From: the human T2T-CHM13v2.0 reference genome, Homo sapiens
Length of the DNA stretch: 64,000 bases
Strand: one strand, 5' to 3'
Assembly (NCBI RefSeq): GCF_009914755.1
Contig: NC_060930.1
Shown: positions 1 to 47,119 of the stretch, piece by piece
How the letters are laid out: each line of letters opens with the position of its first letter
Position numbering within the stretch: the first letter of the stretch is position 1
Notes under the pieces: generated by a model
The model's input: the letters and a program-made list of their open reading frames with translations, nothing else
Told to the model about the DNA's origin: nothing
The model's database searches: none
Position numbers and translations under genes: made by a program

Positions 1-800
1 TGTGAACTGGGGCCGGGGGGCGGGACTTGGAGTGACCATGGGGGGTGGGGCAGCTAACGGATGTGGCATGGGGCGGGGGACCAGGCCGGAGGCGGGCTGC
101 CGGGAGGGGGGATTCCCTCGTGCCCCAAGGGCGAATCTCAGGTCGGAGGAAGGGGCTGAGGGGATTCCCTCTCCCACCGGGTCCGACTCTTCGCTCCCCA
201 AGCCGCGGAGGGCCAGCCTCTTCTTCGGCGCCCTCCAGGCCTGTTGGAGGTGAGGGAGGTGGGGTGAGGTGGTGCCCGCCCCCCCCTCCGGCTCCTCCTT
301 TCCCCCAGTCCTCCCCTCCCACCACCCTCCCCCCCAACCGGTCCGTCCCTCCCCTCCCTCCCTCCCCCCCGCCGCCTCCTCCTCCTGCCGCTGCCGCTGC
401 TTTGGCTGCTGCGTCATACGCCCCAGAGCCGCCGGGACGGAGGGGCTGGGCCTGGGGACCCCCCGGCCTCCGCCTGCACGCCCCCCCACGCCCGGACGTG
501 CCCTCTCCGCGCGGGGGACTCGCCTAGGTCTCCTACGTCTGCCCCTGCCCGGCTCCCGGCGGCCCCAGCTGTCACCGGTAAGGAGGCGGCAGGAGGCGCT
601 GGTGGGGGGCAGGGAGCCGGGGGTCGGCGCGGGGCGCGGGCGGGAGAGCCTCGCCGCCTTGGCCTCGGGTCCGGGCTGGGCCGACACAAGTCCCTTCTCG
701 GACTTGCCGTCCTGGGGAGTAGAGACCGGGACTGGGACACGCCCCCCTCCCGGGGCACTCAGAGAAGTTGTCTAACCCGGGGGCAGGGAGCCCCGAATTT
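1..800 (+). promoter_or_regulatory. PHF1: CpG island / PHF1 promoter and non-coding first exon (donor CCG|GTAAGG at 577/578)
   Basis: Very GC/CpG-rich with GC boxes; strong donor at 578; lies upstream of the first coding exon (acceptor 1608-1609). Confidence 0.8.
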
Positions 801-1242
801 GAGGGTGACCTGACATAACCTGGCACCAGGATGATTGTTCTTAATGAGACGCGCAGGCCTGGGGAGACAGCCGTTTCTGCTCTGGAAAACATCTCCAGAA
901 AAGGTCCCAAAACACGTCTCTGGGCAACAGGACACCCTAATTATGATACCTCTAAACTGAGTAGCCTTTGCTTCTACAACCATAATTTCTCCTAAAATTT
1001 CAAGGCCAGTATATAATATCCCAGGAGAGCTCTGGAAGCTGGGAAACTAGCAACTAGGTTTGGGGTCGGGGGGAGGGCTGTTAGTTACCGAGAGGAGAGC
1101 CAGTCACTAGAGTTGGAAGAGGACTCAAAAAGCTGGTGATGGGTGCCCAGTGGTTTCCTATCAAGGTGTCTCAGGGATTTGGAGATGGGGGCACAGATAC
1201 TTCATTCTTGATGGCAAAATAGGCAAAGAAAATGGGGAGGCT

Positions 1243-5460
<4,218 letters not shown>

Positions 5461-5781
5461 ACAGCCTGCCTCTGCCCAGCTCCCCATTCACACACACCGG
5501 CACTTTCATACCCTGACCTCTGACCTCACCTACAGCTGGGATGTACCTGGAGAGATAGGGGGTAGTTCTCCCTACTGCCCAGGCTGGAATCCAAGAGTGG
5601 GGAGTGGGGAAGAGGCCCTCTTCTCTACCCTCCTTCATGATTCCTGACCCCTCCCATCCTTCCCATTTCCTTTGATGTTATTTTGTTACAGCTTTTTAAA
5701 TATTTTTTAAAATTATTTAACCCCTGGGGGCAGAGACTGAGGAGGGAGGATGATAAGGGATCCCGGACTCTGTATGATTGA

Positions 5782-5797
5782 AATAAAGAGAAATAAA
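5782..5797 (+). terminator. PHF1: PHF1 tandem polyadenylation signals
   Basis: AATAAA at 5782-5787 and 5792-5797, ~320 nt after the stop. Confidence 0.85.
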
Positions 5798-5926
5798 CAA
5801 ATCTAGCAGCTCTGAGTCATTCTGAAAGATGTAGAGAATACAGGGACTAGAAGCACTTATATTCTCCCAACAAATTTGCATACATGACAAAAAACAGGCA
5901 AAAGGCAGAGAGACCCAAAGACGGGA

Positions 5927-5932
5927 TTTATT
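5927..5932 (-). terminator. CUTA: CUTA polyadenylation signal
   Basis: TTTATT on + strand, 80 nt past the CUTA stop. Confidence 0.85.
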
Positions 5933-6011
5933 GGGGGCCCAGTCATCACCTGGAAGTCAGAAGGCGTTGAAGTATCGCGGGGATCTTCATGATGAGCAGG
6001 AACAGGGCTCA

Positions 6012-7362
6012 TCATGGCAGGACTGTGATAGAGTCAGAAACTGACTCTGTGACCTGGCGCACCCACTGCAGGTACGGAAAGTTCCCCTGTTCCACAGGCA
6101 ATGCAATTACCTCGGCCACTTCGTAAGGGTGCACAGAACTACAAAATAGGTGGGTGGGGGAAGGGGATCACTCAAAGATTTACCCAAAAGAACCCACTCC
6201 CTTACACGCAAGCCCTAGACTGCCCAGCAAGTCACACCCACACAGTACACACCCTCACCCCATCCATCTCAAAGTTCTCACCGAACAAAATCTGTCAAAG
6301 CTGGGACCAAGGAACTTTGGGTTTTAATCATCTAAGGGACAAAGATAAACATGGTTGAATCAAGGAGTGGGATTGAGTTCAGTTTCTCAGAAGAGGGGTA
6401 AGGGCTAAAGGGGTCAGGGATTGGGGATATTTTGTTGGGTGGGGGAAATGTTTCTCACCATCAGCACCTCACTGTCTTCCTCGATCTTCCCTTTCCACTC
6501 ATAGCTGAAAGGTCAGAGGGGGAGAGTTGTGGGGAGCAAAGAATTTCCCCCAGGAAAGAGGTTCCCAGTCAGCTCCTACAGTTAGGTTAACCCCCCAACT
6601 CCTATGACTCACATGGATGTAATCTGAGGGATGAGGTTGACGCAGGCTGCTAGGCGCTTCTCCACCACGGCCCTGGAGTGAAGAGACAGTCCCATTCAGA
6701 GTACCCCATAACCCCAGTTTTTGTACTGGCAGCCCAGAGACAGGCTTCCAGAGCTGGAGAAAGGAGAAAGCAGCACTCTTCTGCCCCACCCCCAACTGTC
6801 CCTTCATGATCATCCTTTCTCGCTGCACATCGAGGTCCCTACCTGGCGATCTCCTTGGCGACCTTCTCGTTGGGGCAAGTAACAAAGGCTGCAGAGACCG
6901 AGCCCGGAACGTAGCCAGAGCCGGAATCCGAGGCCGGCGAGGGCTGGGTCGGAGGGCTTCCAGAGGCCATGGTCAGCAAGACTCGGGGTAGCAACAAAAG
7001 GCGGGAGGCCACAGGCAGCAGCGCCGGCATCCAAACAAAAGACAGGAGCAGAGAGGCCTGAGAGCAGGAGGCGAATTCGATCTCTCCTCACAAACAGCCC
7101 AGGAAATTACACCCGGGGAAGCCTTCGCTTAGATCCTCAGGCTCTGCCCTCCCTCTGATGCACCCCCGAAGAATGCCCCTGAAGGTGAGAGAGAAACTTG
7201 GAAAATAAAGCAAAAGCTCATTTCACTCACACCTCAGGGGGCCAACCTCTGGGATTTAGGGTGCGGGTAGCGGTCGAGGCTTCGAGGACCGGAAGGGGCG
7301 GGGCGGGGCCGGTCACTCACCACTCCGCCGAGCAGGACCGCGGGAGCCCGCCCCCCACTCAT
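6012..7362 (-). CDS. CUTA: CutA divalent cation tolerance homolog, 179 aa isoform
   Basis: Exons (minus) 7362-7321, 7057-6843, 6672-6613, 6504-6459, 6331-6282, 6138-6012 = 540 nt. [25 protein letters not shown]...[31 protein letters not shown]...[12 protein letters not shown]...DSITVLP*. Confidence 0.96.
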
Positions 7363-7860
7363 GCGGCCTACGCTGGTACAGGAGAGTTGATCTCAAAGGC
7401 CACACGTCACACGGAGAAACAACCCCAGGAAGAGCGGCCTCTTCTTACCTGGGTGGCAGCCACGTGATTAGAAAACAGCGCGCACCATGTGACAGTAGAA
7501 GAAGGACCACCTGCGCCTCCAGAGCCAGCCAATCCCGACCCTATCATGGCGCGGTTTGCCCACCTCCTGATGAAGGAGGAGCCATGGGAGACTTGACCAA
7601 TCGACTACCGCATCTGCAGACGTGCGCGGAAATGGCACGCCCGTTTCCGTGTGAACCCGAAACTGCCACTTGCTGGCTGAGGAGAGCCGCTGCGGCGTTC
7701 CACTGTCACGTGAGGGGGCCGGTCCTCTTCGGCGGCGGCACTCAGTGAGTGACGCCAAGTGGCCAATCACAGGCCAGCCTCGCAGGCCACGTGAGGCGAG
7801 AGCTGGTTCCAGGAAAGGGGGGCCAGAGACCCCGCAGAGTCGATGCGTCAGGCTGTGGAG
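7260..7860. promoter_or_regulatory. CUTA CpG-island promoter with E-boxes and CCAAT boxes
   Basis: CpG-rich; CACGTG at 7461, 7707, 7788; CCAAT near 7529, 7597, 7763. Confidence 0.75.
7449..7547 (-). CDS. CUTA: Alternative first coding exon of CUTA (MIGSGLAGSGG...VAATQ; gives a 198 aa isoform)
   Basis: ATG at 7547, 33 codons, donor CAG|GTAAGA, phase 0 matching the exon starting at 7057. Confidence 0.85.
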
Positions 7861-9369
7861 TGGGGAATCATCCTTAAACCCCACAATGTGCCTAGTGACC
7901 TCCCCTGCACTGTTTCCGAGGTCTTAAGGAGTGGGAGGGTCTGAGAAGGACCCTTCACCCCAAACTCAGGGGTTAAGAGAGCGCCCCCTGCCCTTTTAGT
8001 TGGGCAGAGATATGCCTGGGTTTGGGAATGAACAACGGTGATCTAGAAGCCCGCTGTCCCTGGGTAGCAGGGAGTGATTAGGCAGGCACGGGCATGGCAA
8101 GACAATAGCTAGCTGAGGAAAGAAGCATTTTAAAACAGAGCGAGACCCTGTGGTAGAGGATGGTGAAAATGGGGCCTAGCCATCTTAATTGAAAACCCAA
8201 AGCTTGAGACAGACTACTGAATCAGAGGGAAGGAGAACGAGGGCTGCAGGATGGGGACAGTGGTGATGGTCCTTCTGTCCCCTCTTCCCTGCCTATTCCA
8301 CTCCCCAGGATTGGTCCACCTCTCAGCCTCGGGTCTCCTTTCCCTAACCCATCCCCCAAGGAGCCAGGACCTGCCCTACATAACTTCCCTGGGGCCCAAG
8401 CACATCCTGTGACCCAAAAATGGAGAGAGGGGCCAATGAGAGGCAGAGAGGTGGGAGGAGGTGCAGAGAAAAAAGCTCTTGCCACTGCCCCCACCCAATA
8501 TTTCCCCTCCCTTCAAGGTCTGAGGTCATTGGTCTGGTGGTGGGGATGCCTCGGAGTTTCCCAGGCTGACGTCAGGGTTATACCTCTCGGAGGTTCTAGG
8601 GCAGGGAAGTGGGGAGGGGAGGTTCCCTGAGATCTCTGTCTTTGAGTTTGGAGTTTGTCTCTGAGACAGATTTCGGAGGGGTCTTTCAGTATTTGTGTGG
8701 AGATCTTTCTTAGGATTGAGTTTCCTTTTATGCTTCTGGTTTGGGGGGTTTCTATGTTTCAGGGTCTGTGGTCGCACTCTGAGGTCTTTCGAAGTCTTCT
8801 TCATGAATTTTGGGTCTCTGAGTTGTCCATCTCCGGACCAGCTGAAGTCTCTATCTCCCCTTAAGTCAGGAGTGTCTCTGTCTCTAAGTTATCAGTCTCT
8901 GAGATCTGAGTCTGGGGTCTCTTTCTAGGTCTGAGTTCTCTAAGCTCTAATTCTACATCTGGCTCTTTCTGAATCTGGGCCTCATCTTTTTCTGAGTCTA
9001 GGTCTCAGGTCCTGGTCCCTGAAATCATCATCTCAGGGTCTGGAGTCTAAGATATCTGTAGGTATGGAGAACCCTTTTTAGACTGGATTTTCAGATTTTG
9101 ATATTGAGCTTCTCTCTCTGGGGGATCTGGGGTCGTTTTTTCCTCAAATCAGGAGTCTCTTTTCCTCTAGATTTTGGCCCTGTGTCTCAAATTACCCCAC
9201 AGTGGGGGGTGGTGAAGTATCTTTCTCTGTGGGTCTAGGGTCTCTCTGTCTCAGGGTCTGGGGTCTGCATCTTTAGGACCTCTGTCTCTCTCTGGTGTGT
9301 TTTTGAGTCAGGGGTCTCTCTCTCTCTCACAATCTGGGCCTCCCGGAGTAGGGGTGGGGGCTGCAGAGT

Positions 9370-9620
9370 CTCTCCCTCCTCCTCCTCCTCCTGCTCTCTT
9401 CGCTCTCGCTCGCTCCCCCGCCCCCCCCTCTCTCTCGGCTGCCGCTGCTGCCGTTGGCTCTTATTCTCCTCCTCCTCCTCCTCTCTCCTCCTCTCTGCTT
9501 CTCTCTGCTCCTCTCTCCTCCTCTCTCCTCCTCCTCCTCCTCCACCTCCTCCTCCTTCTCCCCCTCTTTCTCCCCCTCTTTCTCTCTTCTTTCTCCCCCG
9601 TCCCCCCGCCCCCTCCCCCC
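9370..9620 (+). repeat. Polypyrimidine (CCT/CT)n tract in the SYNGAP1 promoter/5'UTR
   Basis: ~250 nt of mostly C/T with CCT repeats immediately upstream of the ATG. Confidence 0.85.
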
Positions 9621-9627
9621 AGGCCTG

Positions 9628-41269
<31,642 letters not shown>

Positions 41270-43029
41270 CCCACCCAGCATCAGAGACCTTCTCTTCCTT
41301 TCCTGTGCACCCCACCCTGTAACAGCACCAACCACCAGGATTGGACATCACCGAGGAACAGCGGGATTGCCTCCCCGAATGCCTCCCTGGGAGGCACACT
41401 GATTGCCCACCCCCACCACTGCACCATTTCCAGGAGGGAGAGTGGGGACCCTCAGCCGCCCCCTTTTCCTTCCCATTGGGGTGCTGCCCTCTCTTTGACC
41501 CCCAGGGACCCTTGCCCCAGGACACCGCCTACCCCGTACAGACCCCTTCACTCCGGGGTGCTATCCCCATCCTCTGCCTCATCGTTCCCCTGAGCACTGG
41601 GGGACAGACCCTCACCCCCACCCTGGGGGTGTGGCACCTCCAAACTTTCAACTTCAGGGTGATTTTTTTAGCAGTAACCAGAGCTGACAATCTAACTCCC
41701 CTCCACCGCCCCATTTTGGCCTCCCCTGCCCCCCTTGTTATGGGGAGGGGACCCCGGGTGAGGGGGCCCTATTACCCCTTGATTTCTCAGGAGCGTCTGG
41801 GGGGGCTCAGCACGCACAAACTCCTTCTCCTTCTACCACTCTTAAATTTACTCCCTCCCCACCCAGAACCCAGATGGGGTGGAGGGGGCCACCGGGGCAG
41901 GGAGGGGGCGGCAAGGGGGGAATGGGAGTTGTCTCCCCTTCTCCCCACACCTGATCTGCTCTCGGCTGGTCCCAGAGCGGGGTGAGGGGGCTTATGCCCC
42001 CCCCTCCCCCAGTGTGTTGGGTGGGGTGGAATTGAGGTTAGGGTGAGGGGTCAGGGTTTAGGAGGGTGTGTATGTTGGGAGGACAGGCTAGTTGATCTGT
42101 CCTACTCTGACACACAGTCCCCTCTGCCCCTTCCTTCTCTCTTCTTGGTCTCTACTCCCAGGGGGAGGGGGGAACTTACTCTAGGAAAAGCCATGTCTCT
42201 CTCCCCCAGGGTGGGGGGACCTGTGTTGGAGGAGGGGTGTTGGGGGGCCCCCTTCCATGACTCTGTCCCCTGGGGGAGGTAGGACAGGGCTGGGCTTCCC
42301 TCTCATCCTCCCCCTCCCAATCTCCTTCCACCTCCCTCCCTCCCGCCAGCTCCACGATTTTTCGGTGTTTCTCTGTACATAGTTTTCTGGCGGGATAGGG
42401 GAGGTAGGATGGATGGGGTTTGGGGTGGGTAGGCCATGGGAGGGGAGAAGCCCCTCCTTGGCACCCCCTCTTCCCTGACTGCTGTCCCCTACCCAGCCTT
42501 GCCCCCTTCATCCTTTTGCGTTTGGTATTGAGACTCTCCTAGACTCTACTCCTCTTTCTTTTGTATGGACAGTTCCCCTTCAGTCCCATCCCCCTACACA
42601 TACACCCAGCCGGGGCCAAATTTATACTTATATAAAAGTTGTAAATATGTGAAATTTTATCCCTGTGCCCTTTCCCCACCTCAGGCCCTACCCCTGGACC
42701 CTCCCCAACCTTCCTTCTCTCTTCTTTGGCTGTTGTAATTATCTGGGGTTTGTACTGTACATATCCGGGGTGTGTGTGTGTGGGCTGGGGGCAACCCTTC
42801 TGTACAGAGCTTCCTGGCCCCCTCCCCCCCCGCCCCTCTGCTTCCCTCCCCACCCACCACCTCAAGGGTAGGGAGTTGCTCTTCCTACCTGTTTTATTTT
42901 GTTTTCTCGTTCTCCCTCCCCACCCCACTCCCAGCCTTATCTATCCCCCCTCACTGTCCCCTTTTCTCCACTCCCAGCCCCATTTCCTTTTTTTCTGGAG
43001 TGTGTGGTGAAACAGAAAAAAACATGTTT

Positions 43030-43035
43030 AATAAA
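43030..43035 (+). terminator. SYNGAP1: SYNGAP1 polyadenylation signal
   Basis: AATAAA followed by T/GT-rich sequence, ending a ~1.8 kb 3'UTR. Confidence 0.85.
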
Positions 43036-43479
43036 CGGAGATTGTTCTTTTATCGCTGTGCCGACTTTCTTAGGCAGGGCTCTCCAGACCTGTACGGTGG
43101 TAAGATCTGCTTTCTGAAAGGAAGCTGACAGCCTGAGAGGAAAACCGTATATCCCCACCTGATGCCACACTCTCCTCATAGAATGTCACTCTCCCCTCCC
43201 AATGAGATTTTTTATATTTTAGAGCAGGAGTTTTGCACCGGCCAAACTTCTCCAATCTAACTCTCCCCTCACCACTGTGTCACTTAGTCCGAGGCCAGGA
43301 ACAGCGGCGTTATCTGATAAAAGAGTTCATGTATATATCCACATTTATCTCTTTTAAAAATTACCTAGAAATAAGGTTTCTTTAATTGCTGGTTAAAATG
43401 CTCCCGTGCAGAAAACAGGAAAGAACCTGCCTGGTTCCTTAGCAAATCTGAGTTCCAGTCCCAGGTCCACTACTATTAG

Positions 43480-44140
43480 CTGAGTGACGCTTCCAGCCCG
43501 TTTCCCCCGCCTGGAAACTGAGGACGGCAACCCCCACCCTCGCAGGGCCGGTGGGAAGACACAAAGTGATGTGGGCAAGTGCCAGGCCCACATGGTAAGT
43601 ACCCAACTAATCTCGCCCCTCTCAGGACCTACCGGGGGCGGGTGCTACACTTAATCACCGGGAAACGCAGCTTTCCGGGGCGGCTGACGGCCCACCCCCT
43701 CCGACCGGGCTGTTCTCTCCCGGGCCCTGCCTCTCGGTCCTCTGCAGCGGGGAGGACTTCAGCAGCTCCCCGGGACGCCCGTTGCGAGGACACCCTGGGC
43801 CTGTGCCCTCCTACTAGCACCGCCCTCCTCGTCTGCAGTAGCCAATCAACACGAGGCTTGTAGGCTGCCGTTCCTCGATTGGCTACGGCTCTAGCTCCGC
43901 CCGCCGCACTTGGCGACGGTGTCCGGCGGGGAGGCGGCGGCTTCCGGTCTGGGACGGAGCTGTAGCGGCACTGTAACTGCGAGGGCAGCGCCGCGTGTGT
44001 AACGGCGGGGGCGTGTCGGCGGGAAGGACAATCGGGCCGGGACTCGCGGTGTCCGGGTGACCGCGGCTTCCCGGGAGCAGACCTCTGTGGGCACTGTGAG
44101 GCGGAACGGAGCGGCGGGGCAGGAGCTGTTCTGGGCAGGT
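43480..44140. promoter_or_regulatory. ZBTB9: CpG-island promoter of ZBTB9 (non-coding exon 1 ending ~44138), probably bidirectional
   Basis: CpG-rich; inverted CCAAT pair at 43842-43846 and 43878-43882; donor CAG|GTGAAG at 44138; acceptor at 44391-44392. Confidence 0.75.
43633..43830 (-). ncRNA. SYNGAP1-AS1: Putative first exon of an antisense lncRNA running into SYNGAP1
   Basis: Minus-strand donor CCG|GTAGGT at 43633/43632 beside the promoter. Identity rests on recalled annotation and is not provable from the sequence. Confidence 0.35.
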
Positions 44141-44463
44141 GAAGGCAGGCTGGTGGCTGAAGGACCTCCTTCTTATCTTCCACAGGGGCTGGAAGTTAAA
44201 ACCCCTGTTGGTGTTTAGTGGTGGTGGTTGTTGTTGTTGTTTGTTTTTGCTTTCTTGGTGTGCGGGACTGATTTGCAGAAACCGCCACTGACTTAAAAGT
44301 TTCCAGTTATTGCTCGTGGGGAGGGGGTTGTTTGAGAAGATGTGGCTCCCTTTATCCAGGGCTTCTGTGACCTCCATCTTTTTCCTCTGCAGCCTTCATC
44401 CCGCGTGGAGTCTACCCCCAAGCCCTTCTCCTCTTCCCAATTCTTGTCACCTTCGAGGAGGCC

Positions 44464-45885
44464 ATGGAAACCCCAACACCTTTGCCGCCTGTACCCGCCT
44501 CCCCGACCTGCAACCCAGCCCCACGGACAATCCAGATCGAGTTCCCACAGCATAGCTCGTCTCTGCTGGAATCTCTGAACCGCCACAGGCTAGAGGGAAA
44601 GTTCTGTGATGTGTCCCTCCTGGTGCAGGGCCGGGAACTTAGGGCTCATAAAGCAGTGTTAGCTGCTGCCTCTCCTTACTTCCATGACAAGCTGCTTCTG
44701 GGGGATGCGCCTCGTCTCACTCTACCGAGTGTCATTGAAGCCGATGCCTTCGAGGGGCTGCTCCAGCTCATTTATTCAGGGCGTCTCCGCCTGCCACTGG
44801 ATGCTCTTCCTGCTCATCTCCTTGTGGCCAGTGGCCTTCAAATGTGGCAGGTAGTAGATCAGTGCTCAGAAATTCTTAGAGAATTAGAAACTTCAGGTGG
44901 TGGAATTTCAGCCCGTGGAGGAAACTCCTACCATGCCCTTCTTTCCACTACATCCTCTACAGGAGGCTGGTGCATTCGCTCTTCGCCTTTCCAGACCCCA
45001 GTACAGTCCTCTGCTTCTACTGAAAGCCCTGCTTCCACTGAGAGCCCTGTGGGAGGGGAGGGAAGTGAACTGGGAGAAGTGCTGCAAATTCAGGTGGAAG
45101 AAGAAGAGGAGGAGGAGGAAGATGATGATGATGAGGACCAGGGGTCAGCCACACTCTCTCAGACTCCTCAGCCCCAGAGAGTATCAGGGGTTTTTCCCCG
45201 TCCTCATGGACCCCACCCACTGCCCATGACTGCTACTCCCCGAAAGCTTCCAGAGGGTGAGAGTGCACCACTTGAGCTTCCTGCCCCTCCTGCACTGCCC
45301 CCCAAAATCTTCTACATTAAGCAGGAACCCTTCGAGCCTAAGGAGGAGATATCAGGAAGCGGAACTCAGCCTGGAGGAGCAAAGGAGGAAACCAAAGTGT
45401 TTTCTGGAGGGGACACTGAAGGGAATGGGGAGCTAGGGTTCTTGTTGCCTTCAGGGCCAGGGCCAACATCTGGGGGAGGGGGTCCATCCTGGAAACCAGT
45501 GGATCTTCATGGGAATGAAATCCTGTCAGGGGGTGGAGGACCTGGGGGAGCAGGCCAGGCCGTGCATGGGCCTGTGAAGCTAGGGGGGACACCCCCTGCA
45601 GATGGAAAACGCTTTGGTTGCCTGTGTGGGAAGCGGTTTGCAGTGAAGCCAAAGCGTGACCGGCACATCATGCTGACCTTCAGCCTTCGGCCTTTTGGCT
45701 GTGGCATCTGCAACAAGCGCTTCAAGCTGAAGCACCATCTGACAGAGCACATGAAGACCCATGCTGGAGCCCTGCATGCCTGTCCCCACTGTGGCCGTCG
45801 GTTCCGAGTCCATGCCTGTTTTCTCCGCCACCGGGACCTATGCAAGGGCCAGGGCTGGGCCACTGCCCACTGGACTTACAAGTGA
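44464..45885 (+). CDS. ZBTB9: Zinc finger and BTB domain-containing protein 9, 473 aa, single coding exon
   Basis: BTB domain (FCDVSLLVQGRELRAHKAVLAAASPYF), acidic tract, C-terminal zinc fingers (CGICNKRFKLKHHLTEHMKTH); gccATGg Kozak. Confidence 0.97.
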   Translation: METPTPLPPVPASPTCNPAPRTIQIEFPQHSSSLLESLNRHRLEGKFCDVSLLVQGRELRAHKAVLAAASPYFHDKLLLGDAPRLTLPSVIEADAFEGLLQLIYSGRLRLPLDALPAHLLVASGLQMWQVVDQCSEILRELETSGGGISARGGNSYHALLSTTSSTGGWCIRSSPFQTPVQSSASTESPASTESPVGGEGSELGEVLQIQVEEEEEEEEDDDDEDQGSATLSQTPQPQRVSGVFPRPHGPHPLPMTATPRKLPEGESAPLELPAPPALPPKIFYIKQEPFEPKEEISGSGTQPGGAKEETKVFSGGDTEGNGELGFLLPSGPGPTSGGGGPSWKPVDLHGNEILSGGGGPGGAGQAVHGPVKLGGTPPADGKRFGCLCGKRFAVKPKRDRHIMLTFSLRPFGCGICNKRFKLKHHLTEHMKTHAGALHACPHCGRRFRVHACFLRHRDLCKGQGWATAHWTYK

Positions 45886-46882
45886 CTGCTGAGGCTATAC
45901 ACTAGCTTCTAGAACAAGATAACCACTGCTGCTGATGGATACTTTTCCCTCACTGCCATGGCACACCAGTCATGGATCTTGTAATCATGCCAAGAGAATA
46001 GATACATTATGGACCTCTTGTTCTTAGATATGGGCCTCTCAGCCTGGCAGATGTGGAAACTCAAATTTCTCGTCCCACTCCAGGTTTTGGCTAGCCAACC
46101 CTGCAGGAAAGTGGTTTATAGGCCATTCATACTTAAGTTGATCACTTGCCCATGGTGGACATTTTTGTGGTGGTGATGTCCATTAAGGAAACCAGATTTT
46201 CAATTATTTAGTGAGAGAAGAGTTAGAGCAAAAGACAGTGGTAAATGTTTTATTCCGTCTCCATGAGGAATTGAAGGAGTTGGTCTCCACCTAGAGATAC
46301 ATTTGATTTACAGCTTAAGTAATTCAGAGGCTAAGCTCTAAGCTTTTTTCTCTCATTGCTGGAATGATTTAAGCAGAAGTCCTTTTGTGTACTTTTAAAA
46401 TTGTATCTTTCCAGGAGCCCCTCAGATTGTACCTTGCTTTCTCACCAATAGACACCTTCCCGACACTTTTTTAATGTTGTAGCTGAGCACTTTAACAAGT
46501 TGAGCATTCCATGTTTCATTCTTAGAACCTTCTTTAATAGAGGGTCTTCCCTCAACAGCCTGTGCCTCTGGTCTACCTTTGACCACCACTGATAACTAAT
46601 ATATTGGTCACAATGACTGGAATGTGACTAGTGATCTCAGGAGATGGCACTGTCCTAAAGTGCTGTCAGGGTGGCACCACTGCTCTCTGAACAACTTACC
46701 TTGGTCAGAGGGACTCAGGTTTGGGACAGCACAAGCTGAAGGCTGGAGAGTAACTTGCATAGTAGGACCATACCTCTTCCTTTCCCATCCCACCCACATA
46801 TGATAGACAGCCCCTCTGTTGAGATATGGAGGGGACAGATACTGGAATCGGGGGTGGGACTTGCAGTTACTTAAAATTTTTT

Positions 46883-46888
46883 AATAAA
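46883..46888 (+). terminator. ZBTB9: ZBTB9 polyadenylation signal
   Basis: AATAAA ~1 kb after the stop. Confidence 0.75.
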
Positions 46889-47119
46889 CTGTGCCCTGAA
46901 ACCTAAACTGACAGTGGACTGGATTGAGTAATTTGTGTGGGAGAGAATGTGAGAATGGAGCTGCAGAGCCTTGGGTGTGTTCCTTAGGTGGCTAGGTTAT
47001 GTTGATGGGGAAGGAATGGGATGGTATCACACCCATTCCTTGGATGGTGCCAAGAACACTCTTCTGGACTTAGGCCCTGACCTGCTACTTAATAACCTTC
47101 AGTAGGTTGCCTTACTGTT

